NCBI GenBank assembly: GCA_034428435.1
Contig: DAOUHY010000265.1
Location: 16,408-80,407, forward strand
Length of the DNA: 64,000 bases
Direction of reading: 5' to 3'
Source: Caldilineaceae bacterium
GTDB lineage: Bacteria > Chloroflexota > Anaerolineae > Caldilineales > Caldilineaceae
In this document: in pieces, positions 22,888 to 33,154 of the stretch
Position numbering within the stretch: the stretch's first letter is position 1
Layout of the letters: each line of letters begins with the position of its first letter
Translations under genes and position numbers: made by a program
Notes under the pieces: model-generated
Told to the model about the DNA's origin: nothing
Databases searched by the model: none
Seen by the model: the letters and a program-made list of their open reading frames with translations, nothing else

Positions 22888-25209
22888 TCAGTCGTCTCCC
22901 GGAACCAGTTCAGCTGCCTCAGCCTCCTTGGCCCACATGGCTTCAAGGAGATTGGCGGGGGAGATCGGGAGCTTGTCCATGCGCACGCCGGTGGCCTGGT
23001 AGACCGCGTTGGCGACTGCGCCGGCAGGCGGCACGATGTTGACTTCACCCACGCCGCGTACTCCATAGGGGTGAGCGGGATGGGGGACCTCGACCATGAT
23101 TGTATCGATCATTGGCAGGTCCAGGGACGTTGGCATACGGTAGTCGAGCAGACTGGCGTTGAGAAGGTGGCCCTCGTCGTCGTAGATGTACTCTTCATTG
23201 ATAGCCCAGCCGATGCCCTGTGCGACACCTCCCTGCATCTGTCCTTCGACATAGGAGGGATGGATTGCCTTCCCAACGTCCTGGGCAATCGTGTAGCGCA
23301 GAATCGTGATCTTGCCCGTATCGGGATCGACTTCAATGTCGACGCACTGCGTGGAGAATCCTGGGCCGAAGTCCTGCGGATGGACCGTGGAACTGGCCAT
23401 CAGGGGCTCTTCGCGCTGGACGAGACCGGCGGCCTCGGCGAAGGCGACGCTCTCGCTGCCGGCGCTGAATGTACCCTCTTCGTAGCTCACGTCACCGGCT
23501 GCGACTTCCCACTGGTCGGCGAGGCGGCTCTTCATTTCTTTCAGGAGCTGCCGGCCAAGGTTGTAGGCGGCCAGACCGGTTGCGAAGGTGGTACGGCTGC
23601 CGCCGGTAACGTCGTTGTAGGAGACCGTATCGGTATCCACAACACGGGCCTTCACCTGCTCATATTCGATATCCATGGCTTCGGCCAGCTGCATGGCTAT
23701 CGAGGCTCGGGTACCGCCGATGTCGGTGGAGGCTTCGTTAAGGTTTACCGTGCCGTCGGGGTTAAGGACAGCGGTTGCGCTGGACTGGCCGCCCCAGTTG
23801 TTCCAGTAGCCGGAAGCGATGCCGCGGCCGCGGTACTTGCCTTCAAGCGGAGACTGGTAGTGTTCCGAGTCACGGATGGCTTCCACAGTCTCAATTTGGC
23901 CGATGCGGGCGTACTGCAGGCCGTCCGGCCGGCGGTCGTTCTCTTTGGCGCCGTTGAGGATGCGGAATTCGGCGGGGTCCATGTCCAACTTCTCGGCCAG
24001 CTCATCGACGACGCTCTCAACCGCAAAAGCAACGTTTGTGCCTCCGGGTGCGCGATAGGCTGCGCTACGGGGCCGGTTCACGACGATGTCGTATCCGTCC
24101 ACCTGAAGGTTGTCAATGGCGTAGGGGGCCAAGCTCACGTTGGCGGCCGCGCCGACGGGTGAGCCGGGATAGGCGCCGGCCTCGTAATAGAGTTCGGCGA
24201 GGGCAGCGGAGATTTTGCCGTCTGTATCGACGCCAATCTTCACGCGGATATTGGAGCCTGAGGTGGGCCCGGTCGCGGCCAGGACGTCGGCACGACTCAT
24301 CACGATTTTTACAGGTTCAAAGCCGGCCTTTTGGGAGAGTATTACGGCGACGGGCTCGACATAGACGTTGATTTTGCCGCCGAAGCCGCCCCCGATTTCG
24401 GTGGGGACCACTTTGAGTCGTGAGACCGGAACTTTCAGGATCTCACAGACCTGGCCGCGCACTGCGAAGGAGCCCTGCGTGCTGGTCCAGATTATGATCT
24501 GGCCGTCGGCGCTGTACAGGGCGGTGGCGGCGTGCGGTTCGATGTAACCCTGATGGACCGTTTCGGTGCGGTAGGTGCGGTCGACAACCAGATGAGCGCC
24601 GGCAAAACCGGCATCGAGGTCGCCGCGCTGGTGGCTGAAGACTGAGGCCAGGTTGGTCTGCTCGGTGCCGACTTCACCCATGGAATCGGTGCGCAGCGTC
24701 TCCAGTAGGATAGGCGCATCGTCGGCGAGGGCGTCGTCAACGGTCATCACCGGGGGCAGCAGCTCGTAGTCGACTTCGATCAATCCGGCGGCCTCTTCGG
24801 CGATATGTGGGGAGGTTGCGGCCACAGCCGCCACAGCATGGCCGTGGTACAGGACCTTCTCACTTGCCAGGACGTTATCGCTCAGGTATTTCAGGTTGAT
24901 GGCGCCTTCGCCCAGGTCTTCGACCTTGTCTTCGGCCTCAGGCAGGTCGGCGGCGGTGACGACGGCGCGTACACCGGGCAGGGCTTCGGCCTTGCTCGTG
25001 TCGATGGATCGGATGTGGGCATGGGCGTGCGGACTGCGCAGGACGAAGCCGTGCAGCAGCCCGGTCATCTGCACATCAGCGGCGTAGACGGCTCGGCCTG
25101 TGACTTTGTCCACGCCGTCCGGCCTTACAGGGCGGGTGCCGATGACCTTGTAGCCGTTCTGACCGTTAGCGGCCAGTGTACCAGTTCCATTCTGTTTCGT
25201 ACCGGCCAT
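22888..25209 (-). CDS. Xanthine dehydrogenase family molybdopterin-binding large subunit (aldehyde oxidase/CoxL-like; not a form I CODH)
   Basis: 773 aa. The active-site loop AAYRAPGG lacks the AYXCSFR signature of form I CO dehydrogenases. It sits with the FAD and 2Fe-2S subunit genes. Confidence 0.92.
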   Translation of the reverse strand: MAGTKQNGTGTLAANGQNGYKVIGTRPVRPDGVDKVTGRAVYAADVQMTGLLHGFVLRSPHAHAHIRSIDTSKAEALPGVRAVVTAADLPEAEDKVEDLGEGAINLKYLSDNVLASEKVLYHGHAVAAVAATSPHIAEEAAGLIEVDYELLPPVMTVDDALADDAPILLETLRTDSMGEVGTEQTNLASVFSHQRGDLDAGFAGAHLVVDRTYRTETVHQGYIEPHAATALYSADGQIIIWTSTQGSFAVRGQVCEILKVPVSRLKVVPTEIGGGFGGKINVYVEPVAVILSQKAGFEPVKIVMSRADVLAATGPTSGSNIRVKIGVDTDGKISAALAELYYEAGAYPGSPVGAAANVSLAPYAIDNLQVDGYDIVVNRPRSAAYRAPGGTNVAFAVESVVDELAEKLDMDPAEFRILNGAKENDRRPDGLQYARIGQIETVEAIRDSEHYQSPLEGKYRGRGIASGYWNNWGGQSSATAVLNPDGTVNLNEASTDIGGTRASIAMQLAEAMDIEYEQVKARVVDTDTVSYNDVTGGSRTTFATGLAAYNLGRQLLKEMKSRLADQWEVAAGDVSYEEGTFSAGSESVAFAEAAGLVQREEPLMASSTVHPQDFGPGFSTQCVDIEVDPDTGKITILRYTIAQDVGKAIHPSYVEGQMQGGVAQGIGWAINEEYIYDDEGHLLNASLLDYRMPTSLDLPMIDTIMVEVPHPAHPYGVRGVGEVNIVPPAGAVANAVYQATGVRMDKLPISPANLLEAMWAKEAEAAELVPGDD

Positions 25210-25227
25210 TTGATATCCTCCTCGGTC

Positions 25228-25701
25228 CTACGCGTCGTTTTCGGCCACGTCCAACACGGCTCGCACGATCTTGTCATAGCCAGTGCAGCGGCAGAGATTG
25301 CCAGCCAGCCAGAGGCGAACATCGTATTCATTGGGAGCGGGATTGTCATCGAGGAGCGCCTTGGCAGAGACGATGAATCCCGGCGTGCAAATTCCGCACT
25401 GCAAAGAGGCGTGCTCCAGGAACTTCTGCTGCAGTGGATGCAGAACGCCGTCTTCTGCGATGCCTTCGATAGTCACGACCGAGCGGCCTTCAATTTCCGG
25501 CGCCAGCACGAGACAGGAGTTTACGAGAACGCCGTCCAGGATCACGTTACAGGCGCCGCAGTTGCCGTTACCGCAACCCTCTTTGCTGCCGATCAACCCC
25601 AGATTGTCCCTTAGCGCCTCCAGTAACGTCTGGCGAGGCTCACAAAGGAAGACAGTTTCTTCGCCATTTAGTGTAGTTTCTACTGCGATTCTTTTAGCCA
25701 T
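25228..25701 (-). CDS. (2Fe-2S)-binding small subunit of the xanthine dehydrogenase family enzyme
   Basis: CGNGNCGACNV and CGICTPGF cluster motifs. 157 aa. Confidence 0.95.
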   Translation of the reverse strand: MAKRIAVETTLNGEETVFLCEPRQTLLEALRDNLGLIGSKEGCGNGNCGACNVILDGVLVNSCLVLAPEIEGRSVVTIEGIAEDGVLHPLQQKFLEHASLQCGICTPGFIVSAKALLDDNPAPNEYDVRLWLAGNLCRCTGYDKIVRAVLDVAENDA

Positions 25702-26605
25702 GTCCGTTCAGTCTCCCCAATTCGTCGACGGTCTTGGTGCCTCGTGCCCGGTCAATTGCGATCCTCAGCGCGCGTTGTGTCAGAACAGCTGACAGGTGTT
25801 TGCGCTGAGGAATCGTTCCACGCATGTCACTGATCGGTTTAGCCGCCTCCCTGGCCAGATCGGCGGCTTTGGCCAGAGTCTCTTCGGAGACCGGTTGACC
25901 GGCCAGTGCATCGCCTGCCTCCTGCACAAAGAGCGGCGTAGGGGCGACAGCGCCCAGTGCCACGCGCGCAGACTGGATAGTACTCTTGTCATCGCTCAGG
26001 ACCACAGAGGCGCCGGCGCCGACGACAGCAATGTCCATTTCGTTGCGCGGGATAAAACGCAGATAGGCTGCGCCGAAGTTTGCGGGCGGTGCAGGAAATT
26101 CAAGTGCGACCAGGAACTCGCCGTTTTCGAGAACGTTGCGGCCAGGGCCTGTGCAGAAATCTTCGGCTGGGACTGAGCGGCGGCCGTTGGGGCCGGCAAT
26201 ATGACAGGTGACGCTGTGGGCAATGAGATTGGGAATCGAATCTGCGGCTGGAGAGGAGTTACAGAGATTACCGCCTATGCTGGCGCGTCCCTGAATCTGC
26301 GTGCCGCCTATCAGGTGCGTAGAATCGATCAGGGCCGGATAGGCATCGCGGATTGCCTGATTGGCGTTGATTGACTGGCACGCTACCGAAGCGCCCAGGG
26401 TCAGGCCATCGTCACTGATAGAAATCGCCATCAGCTCGGGGATTCGCTTCACGTCGACGACAGTGTCCAGTGCAAGGCGCCCTTCCTGAAGCTGAGCAAT
26501 CAGGTCCGTACCCCCGCTCAGCGGTCGGGCCCTTCCGCCCCCGGCCGCCAGGGCCGAGACAGCCTCGTCCACACTAGTTGGTGCTACAAAATCAAATGCT
26601 TGCAA
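25694..26605 (-). CDS. FAD-binding medium subunit of the xanthine dehydrogenase family enzyme
   Basis: GGTDLIAQL motif, 303 aa. TTG start with a GAGGAGG RBS 7 nt upstream. It overlaps the small-subunit gene by 8 nt. Confidence 0.92.
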   Translation of the reverse strand: MQAFDFVAPTSVDEAVSALAAGGGRARPLSGGTDLIAQLQEGRLALDTVVDVKRIPELMAISISDDGLTLGASVACQSINANQAIRDAYPALIDSTHLIGGTQIQGRASIGGNLCNSSPAADSIPNLIAHSVTCHIAGPNGRRSVPAEDFCTGPGRNVLENGEFLVALEFPAPPANFGAAYLRFIPRNEMDIAVVGAGASVVLSDDKSTIQSARVALGAVAPTPLFVQEAGDALAGQPVSEETLAKAADLAREAAKPISDMRGTIPQRKHLSAVLTQRALRIAIDRARGTKTVDELGRLNGHG

Positions 26606-26869
26606 AGAACTACCTCCTCGATGGGTTCGGGTGTTGGAAACTCTATGCGCAGAGTACTAATCGAAGTCCGCTGTGGGCTACGAGGAAATCGGAAAATCAC
26701 AAGGAGCCTACTCCGGTTCAGTTATACCATAAGTTCAATTGAGACAAAAACGGCCAGGCTTGATTTTGACGCAGATTCGGATCGGTTCTATTGCCCTGAG
26801 TGGGGTATGATACCGCCGACCGGTTTGTCGGCAACCGCGCCAGTTTGCGATTCGGGATAGTCTGACCGG

Positions 26870-29482
26870 ATGAAACTGCTCTATCTTGCCCTAGCCTACT
26901 TCCTGGGCCTAGCCGCGGGACAGATTCTTTGGAACCAGGGTTGGTTTGGATGCGGCACCGGCGACCACTATTGGATCGGCGCCCTGGCCTTTGCTTCCCT
27001 TTGTATTTTGATGGACGTCATCGGCTTCGGCCGCGCCGGAGAGCCTCTGCGCTGGCCGGCTGAAGCTGGCTTTTCTCCGCCACGCAGAACCCCCTCAACC
27101 TGGTTCGCCGGCGGGATCGTTCTTGCCGGCATTTGCGGATTCTTGCGCCTCGGTTCACTCCCGCCCCAGCCTTGCCCCGGGCCATCCGATCTGGCCTACT
27201 TCAACCTGGACAGCAGAGAGAATGTCAGCCGGCTGACAACCGTGGATGGCTATGTGGCGAGCTATCCGATACTTAGGGATGGACGGCAGCGGCTGGACAT
27301 CGAAGTGGAATCTCTTGAGGTCGAAGGTGAACGGAAAAAGGCCAGCGGGAGGCTTCGACTTCAGACGGACTCCGATTACCGCTTCCGCTTCGGCGAGAGT
27401 TTGAAGGTTAGAGGCCAGTTGACGGAGCCACCGATCCTGGAGGACTTTGATTACGGGGCATACCTGGCGCGCAAACAGATTCACAGCCTGATGTTACAGC
27501 CGCACGTCGAACCACAGCCGGGGATGCTGCGCGGGGGCGCCCTGCTGCAATTCGTCTATGGGATGCGCGATCGTGGGGAGAGGCTTCTGAACCGCTTGCT
27601 GCCGGAGCCGTACGCGGCGCTGGCCAGCGGAATGCTCTTGGGCATTGAAGCCGGCATACCCAGCGACCTGTACGAAAAGTTCAACCTCACTGGGACCAGC
27701 CACGTTATTGTAATCAGCGGCAGCAATGTGGCGCTCATCACCGGTGCGCTGATGGCTATGGGCATTTGGCTGTTTGGGCGACGCGGTGCAGTGTGGCCGA
27801 CCCTGGCCGGGCTTGCCCTGTACACGCTTCTTGTGGGCGGCGACGCGGCGGTCATGCGGGCGGCCCTGATGGGGGGCATGTTTGTCGTGGCGACGGTGCT
27901 TGGTCGTCAGAGCACGGCACTGGCAGGCCTGGCTGCGGCGTGCTTGCTTATGACACTGTGGAATCCGCTCATGCTCTGGGACGTGGGCTTTCAGCTAAGC
28001 AGTGCGGCCACACTCGGCCTGATTTTGATGGGCCCCGCCCTTACGGAAAGCTTCACATTATTTTGGAAAAAGGCGGCAGGCGGTATACGGCGGCGGCCCT
28101 TGTCTGACAGACCCGAGGCGGACTTTCTCAGGCCGAATACAGTCGGAGACCTGTTACGTGATGGACTGCTGATGACAGTTGCAGCCAGCATTACAACCTT
28201 TCCGTTGATCGTGTACTACTTCGGTCGTCTCAGCTTGATCAGTTTGCTCTCGAATCTTCTGATTGCACCTGTACAGCCCGGGATCTTGATTTTCGGCGCC
28301 ATGGCCTTGGTCGTTGGACTTTCAGGCCTGGAGCAGGCGGCACAGTATTTGCTGTTTGTACCCTACGCGAGTTTATGGTGGACGACGATGATCGTGAACT
28401 GGAGCGCGAGTTTTCAATTTGCCAGTGTGAAGGTCAACTGGTTTGGAGGCGGTGCGCTGGCTCTCACCTACGCCGCCATTCTTGGACTGTTCTGGCGTAA
28501 GCCGATGTGGGCCTATCTTCGCCTATTTTGGAGCAGGGCCGTCCGCACGACACACCGGCATCGCGGTGATACTTGGACCGGCAAGAAGCTAGCTGGGCTT
28601 GTCATCGCGATGCCGACCTGGACTTTCGGCGCATTGTCCGCGGTCGCGGGAATGCTGTGGTGGATCGCCTTGACGCAGCCGGACGGCCAGCTTCACGTGC
28701 ATTTCCTTGACGTTGGGCAGGGGGACGGCATTTTCATCCAGACGCCGAGCGGACGCCAATTGTTGATCGATGGAGGTGACGACAGCCAGCAGCTTTTTGC
28801 GGAACTGGGCGCGGTGATGCCGTTTTGGGACCGGGAGATCGATTACGCGGTCGTGACCCACCCCGACTGGGACCATATAGGCGGCCAGACAGACCTGCCT
28901 GCACGTTTCAGGATCGGTCAGGCGGCTGTCAGCGAGAACACACGAGACAATGAAGATGCCCGGCTCTGGCTTACGGCATTCGGTGCAGCCGATGTGCCGG
29001 TGACAGGCCTTCGGCAGGGAGGCTGGCTGGATCTCGGTGACGGCGTTGCATTGTGGGTGCTCTGGCCGCCGCCCGAAGCGAAACTGAAGGGCCTAGACGC
29101 AGGTGATAAGAACGAGCGGTCGCTGGTCCTTAAGCTGGTATACGGTGAGTTCACAGTTCTGCTAACGGGCGATGCCGGTGAGCCCAGCGAGGAGCGGCTG
29201 CTGCACGGGGGGCAGCCGCTTGCCGCGCACGTGCTCAAGGTAGGACATCACGGGAGCGAGCACAGTAGCAGCAGGGGCTTTGTCGAGGCGGTAGGCCCTA
29301 GTGTAGCGGTAATTCAGGTGGGTGCTGAGAACCTATACGGTCACCCTGACCCTGAAGTATTGGAGATACTGGACGGACGACTGATTCTTCGCAACGACCG
29401 GGAGGGGCGTATCCACATTTGGAGCGACGGGAAGCTGATGTGGATCGAGACGGAGGAGGAAGTTGATACAGAACAATTCTAA
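26870..29482 (+). CDS. comEC: DNA internalization-related competence protein ComEC/Rec2
   Basis: Competence-domain TGTSHVIVISGSNVALI, many TM helices, and a C-terminal metallo-beta-lactamase domain HFLDVGQGDGIFIQ...VGHHGSEHS. Confidence 0.93.
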   Translation: MKLLYLALAYFLGLAAGQILWNQGWFGCGTGDHYWIGALAFASLCILMDVIGFGRAGEPLRWPAEAGFSPPRRTPSTWFAGGIVLAGICGFLRLGSLPPQPCPGPSDLAYFNLDSRENVSRLTTVDGYVASYPILRDGRQRLDIEVESLEVEGERKKASGRLRLQTDSDYRFRFGESLKVRGQLTEPPILEDFDYGAYLARKQIHSLMLQPHVEPQPGMLRGGALLQFVYGMRDRGERLLNRLLPEPYAALASGMLLGIEAGIPSDLYEKFNLTGTSHVIVISGSNVALITGALMAMGIWLFGRRGAVWPTLAGLALYTLLVGGDAAVMRAALMGGMFVVATVLGRQSTALAGLAAACLLMTLWNPLMLWDVGFQLSSAATLGLILMGPALTESFTLFWKKAAGGIRRRPLSDRPEADFLRPNTVGDLLRDGLLMTVAASITTFPLIVYYFGRLSLISLLSNLLIAPVQPGILIFGAMALVVGLSGLEQAAQYLLFVPYASLWWTTMIVNWSASFQFASVKVNWFGGGALALTYAAILGLFWRKPMWAYLRLFWSRAVRTTHRHRGDTWTGKKLAGLVIAMPTWTFGALSAVAGMLWWIALTQPDGQLHVHFLDVGQGDGIFIQTPSGRQLLIDGGDDSQQLFAELGAVMPFWDREIDYAVVTHPDWDHIGGQTDLPARFRIGQAAVSENTRDNEDARLWLTAFGAADVPVTGLRQGGWLDLGDGVALWVLWPPPEAKLKGLDAGDKNERSLVLKLVYGEFTVLLTGDAGEPSEERLLHGGQPLAAHVLKVGHHGSEHSSSRGFVEAVGPSVAVIQVGAENLYGHPDPEVLEILDGRLILRNDREGRIHIWSDGKLMWIETEEEVDTEQF

Positions 29483-29590
29483 CGTAGAGGCAAGACAGCG
29501 ACCTTGTGAATGTACGGACAGTGAAGGACAGCCGGACATCAAGTTCGCATTGCCTGCGTTGTTCGCTATGTATGCTGTCCCTGCACGCGG

Positions 29591-30085
29591 TCAGGCATCA
29601 AGAGCGTCGTCTGACCTGGCGAGGTAGAGAAGCGTGATTCCAAAGACGACGATCAAACGAAATGCTGACTGACTCCCGTTCCAGACATCGGATTGCCACA
29701 TCAGGAACCACTCACCGCCGATGGTGATAAAACCTGTAAACCAGAGGATGATTCCCAAAGTCAAGCCTGCGACTGCAATGCCTTTGGCCTGATTGAAGTC
29801 CTGGACTTGATGTCTGGCGCGGAGAAGCCTCGCTCCCCCCCACCAGCAGAGCAAGGCAGTTGCAGTCTCAACGAGGATAATAATCCAGTAGAGCAGGTGG
29901 TGGAAGGCGGACGAGTTGATCGCCCGCCACATTCCCTGGTTGTCGGGGAAGGTTGTATCCATTGTGAGGACGTGAACCACAAACCAGAAGTTCGAATCGT
30001 AGTCGGTAAGGTTGTTGAACACTACAAGCGAGGTATTCAACGCGATGGCCCAGACAAGGGCTATTTTCGAGTATCTTGTGAGCAT
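29591..30085 (-). CDS. Small integral membrane protein (DUF2165-like)
   Basis: Four TM helices. The start MLTRYSKIAL at 30085 has a GGAGGAG RBS. The upstream part of the track ORF (to 30196) looks non-coding. Confidence 0.65.
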   Translation of the reverse strand: MLTRYSKIALVWAIALNTSLVVFNNLTDYDSNFWFVVHVLTMDTTFPDNQGMWRAINSSAFHHLLYWIIILVETATALLCWWGGARLLRARHQVQDFNQAKGIAVAGLTLGIILWFTGFITIGGEWFLMWQSDVWNGSQSAFRLIVVFGITLLYLARSDDALDA

Positions 30086-30449
30086 TTCTCCTCCAGACCT
30101 GTGCAAATCAGTGAGAGTCGCCCCCGCGCCTGATCCCGGAGTGGGAAAATGGGTATAGGACTGCAAGGGACTCAGTCCGGGCGTAGGTTTGGGCAAATGC
30201 CAAATCGAAACCGAGGGCGTTTACCCCTACCGGCGAGTAAGCGGGGCCAGAAAACTCATTGCCTATTTTGCGTAAGCGGGATCTCGTTGAAGTTTCGAGA
30301 GGATGTATTGCGTGGGGGGAGCAACTGCGAAAAGACTGCCGAAGCCTGTAATCCTGCCTGGTGAGGCTCTGGATCAACTGGAACCCGTGTCTACGATCTC
30401 CGATACCCTGCTCGGTGAGGGCGCGGAGAACAAGGGGCCTATATTTGTC

Positions 30450-32255
30450 CTACGACCACATCTTCGCCATCACCTGCGGGCGATTCAGGTAGCCGACCAG
30501 GTCTGTCGGGGCATCCAGGATCAGGTCGGCGTTGCTGAAGTTCTGCGTTGCCCCCATGCCGCAAAGGAGACCTACCTGCACAGCCCCGACTGCTTCGCCT
30601 ACGCGCAACTGCAGTTCGGTATCGCCGACAACGAGACATGCCTCGGCTGGCAGATTCAACACTTCCAGAACCTTCAGGATTCCCTCACTGTTGGGGGAGG
30701 GCTTGCGAAGGTCGTCTCTGGTGACGACGGCGTCAAACAGGTTGTCGGGCAGTTCGGCGTGTTGGAAGAAGGCGTCCAACTCCTGTCGTGAACGGGACGT
30801 GATCAGCGCCACCTTGTACTGTTGCCGGAGTTCCATCAGCAATTCGGGCACGCCGTCGCGAAGAGTCTGCGTCTCGGACGGGGGGAAACCGCGCACGCGT
30901 TGCATTCGGTTTGTCAACCGGCTGGCGTCGTCGTGCAGCCTGAGCCAGGTGAGAAGGTTAATGATTACTATAGAAGGCCCTTCCATCCAAGCCATAAAGC
31001 GGCGGAAGAACTGTTCGCGCCTGTCGCTGGGCCAGAGTCGCTCCAACCGGTCAAAGCGTTGGGCAAGTTCTGTTGCCAGTGACCAGTCGAGATGGGTGAG
31101 GGTGCCGTCGAGGTCAAAGACGATACCTTCGATCCAATGTCCGCCGATCAGACCAGGGATCTGAATTTCGTTTTGCCGCTGCAAGGACTCGAATGGCTCC
31201 AGATCGCGCAGCTTGCGGAAGACATATCCCAGGAGGGCGCGGACGCTGGCGATAGTCGGGGTGATCAGGAGTACGCCCAAGAATCCGAAAACCAGCGCGG
31301 CACTGATGATACCGGTAAAGGTGACTGCGGGATGGAGGCGGACACGGCGCCCCACCAGCCGTGGGATAAGGTATACGCTTTCGACCTGGGTGATGATAAC
31401 GTACAGGATCAAGACGATGATGGCGAAAGGAATATTGCCAATTGGGAGCCAGGTGGGACCCTGCATGAGGGCGACAAGCGTGCCGATTGCGCCGCTGATT
31501 CCAGGGCCGATGGTGGGTAAAAACTCAAGGATTCCGGCGAGCAGAGCCAGCGCTGCAGCATTGGGAAGGCCGACGATGGACATGATGATCCAGGTCATGA
31601 ATCCGACCACAAGGCCCAGTACCAGTTGCCCGCGTAGGAAGGCCATCCAGATTTCGCCGAGTTCCTGCGTCATGCGCAGGACATCATCGCGGTACTCTGA
31701 GGGCAAAGCGTTCATCACCATGCGCTGCAACTTAATAATGTCTTTGAGCAACCAGAAGCCCAACACAAGAACGTAGATGGTGGTCAGGACTCCCGTTGTA
31801 AAGGTGGCGGCCAAGCCGAGGACACCGGTACCGGCCTGCGACAGTATGTTTTGAATGACGGTACCCAGTTGCAGCAGAAGATCGTCAATGTTGAAACTGA
31901 ATCCGAAGAAGGGCAGGAAGGGTCCGGGGGCGGCCGACTGCATGTCGGTGACCATGGTTTCGAGCAGGACGAGAAGAGATTCGACTGATGAGACCACGCG
32001 GGGCACCATGATGATAGGCCCGATGATCAGTAAGAGGATAACCAGCAGGTAAACTGCAACGATTGAGGTGGCCCGGCTCCAGCCAGTGCGCTGCTGCACC
32101 CAACTCACTGGTTGGTACAGTACAAAGGTGAGCAGGAATGCGATGATCGTCGGCTGAATCATCACGCGGAAGGCGTAGAGGAGTAGCACGGCCAATAGGC
32201 CGAGAAGCGCCGATACCACTATCTTCGTGGTTGTACTCCACCGATTCGTATTCAT
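30450..32255 (-). CDS. Fusion protein: AI-2E family (PerM/UPF0118) transporter + HAD-superfamily phosphatase
   Basis: The N-terminal roughly 360 aa is multi-pass membrane with AI-2E-like topology. The C-terminal part has HAD motif I IVFDLDGTLT, and ALITSRSR...VVGDTELQL. Confidence 0.8.
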   Translation of the reverse strand: MNTNRWSTTTKIVVSALLGLLAVLLLYAFRVMIQPTIIAFLLTFVLYQPVSWVQQRTGWSRATSIVAVYLLVILLLIIGPIIMVPRVVSSVESLLVLLETMVTDMQSAAPGPFLPFFGFSFNIDDLLLQLGTVIQNILSQAGTGVLGLAATFTTGVLTTIYVLVLGFWLLKDIIKLQRMVMNALPSEYRDDVLRMTQELGEIWMAFLRGQLVLGLVVGFMTWIIMSIVGLPNAAALALLAGILEFLPTIGPGISGAIGTLVALMQGPTWLPIGNIPFAIIVLILYVIITQVESVYLIPRLVGRRVRLHPAVTFTGIISAALVFGFLGVLLITPTIASVRALLGYVFRKLRDLEPFESLQRQNEIQIPGLIGGHWIEGIVFDLDGTLTHLDWSLATELAQRFDRLERLWPSDRREQFFRRFMAWMEGPSIVIINLLTWLRLHDDASRLTNRMQRVRGFPPSETQTLRDGVPELLMELRQQYKVALITSRSRQELDAFFQHAELPDNLFDAVVTRDDLRKPSPNSEGILKVLEVLNLPAEACLVVGDTELQLRVGEAVGAVQVGLLCGMGATQNFSNADLILDAPTDLVGYLNRPQVMAKMWS

Positions 32256-32340
32256 AATGCTAAGAGATGCAGACGGGTAGACCTCAGGAGCCGCTTGCTG
32301 CTCCGCTTCTGGCAGCGAGACTCTCGTCTTGCAGTTCAGA

Positions 32341-33108
32341 TTATCGGAAAATGGTAAATCTCGTCAATGGCCAGTAACGCACCCAAATGCGGCCCCTGAT
32401 GTAGTCGCGGTGAACGGGGCCAAAGGAGCGGCTGTCGTTGCTATTGACGCGGTTGTCGCCCAGTACGAAGAATGCGTCTTCGGCCAGCGTAACGGGGCCG
32501 TAATTGGAACGGAAAGTCACAAGGCCGGGAGCCAGCCGACCGTCTTCTGCAGCGGGGAGGTCCTGGATTCCGAGCTGAATGGCTTCCCGGTCCGGAGAAG
32601 CCACTTCACGACCGTCGACCAGAAGGCGTCCCTGCTGAATCTCGACCGTCTGTCCCGGGAGACCCACGACGCGCTTGATAATCAGTGCCGGTGACCCGGG
32701 CATATCCAGGACGATAATTTCGTTGTGGCGCGGGGCATGGAAATGGTAACTTAACTTTTCCATGATCAGCCGCTCTTCCGGCAGAAGGTTGGGCTGCATA
32801 CTTTGCCCGCGCACGATGGTTGCCTGGGCCAAGAAGAGATGTATGAACGCTGCCAGAAAGATGGCAGGGAAGACGATCTGTGCGAAGTCCTTGAGCGCGG
32901 AAAAGATGGATGCGGCCGTGGAGACGTTTTGCGAATCAGGGAGGGACTGCCCGGCCGCCGGACCGTCAGAGCCGGTGGATGGAAAGAGCCGGGCAGCGCC
33001 AACATGCTGCGGGTGATCCGCAGGAGGAGCGGCTGCCTGCCTTTCATCCGCAAGCAGCGCGCTGCGAGGGCTGGTTTGCTCCTCCTGATTTCGATTCGAC
33101 ATCTTCAT
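32341..33108 (-). CDS. lepB: Signal peptidase I
   Basis: Catalytic Ser box RGQSMQPNL and the VLGDNRVNSNDSR box. There is an N-terminal TM anchor. Confidence 0.92.
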   Translation of the reverse strand: MKMSNRNQEEQTSPRSALLADERQAAAPPADHPQHVGAARLFPSTGSDGPAAGQSLPDSQNVSTAASIFSALKDFAQIVFPAIFLAAFIHLFLAQATIVRGQSMQPNLLPEERLIMEKLSYHFHAPRHNEIIVLDMPGSPALIIKRVVGLPGQTVEIQQGRLLVDGREVASPDREAIQLGIQDLPAAEDGRLAPGLVTFRSNYGPVTLAEDAFFVLGDNRVNSNDSRSFGPVHRDYIRGRIWVRYWPLTRFTIFR

Positions 33109-33154
33109 CGATCGAATGAACCTACTAAGGGACTCACTGGCGGGCCGCCACCTC

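Noticed and set aside
26606-26869. Possible Moco riboswitch in the leader of the xanthine-dehydrogenase-family operon.
   Set aside because: The roughly 115-nt leader contains only a short GGAG...CUCC hairpin. I could not match the conserved Moco motif elements from memory. This is left as unverified rather than called.
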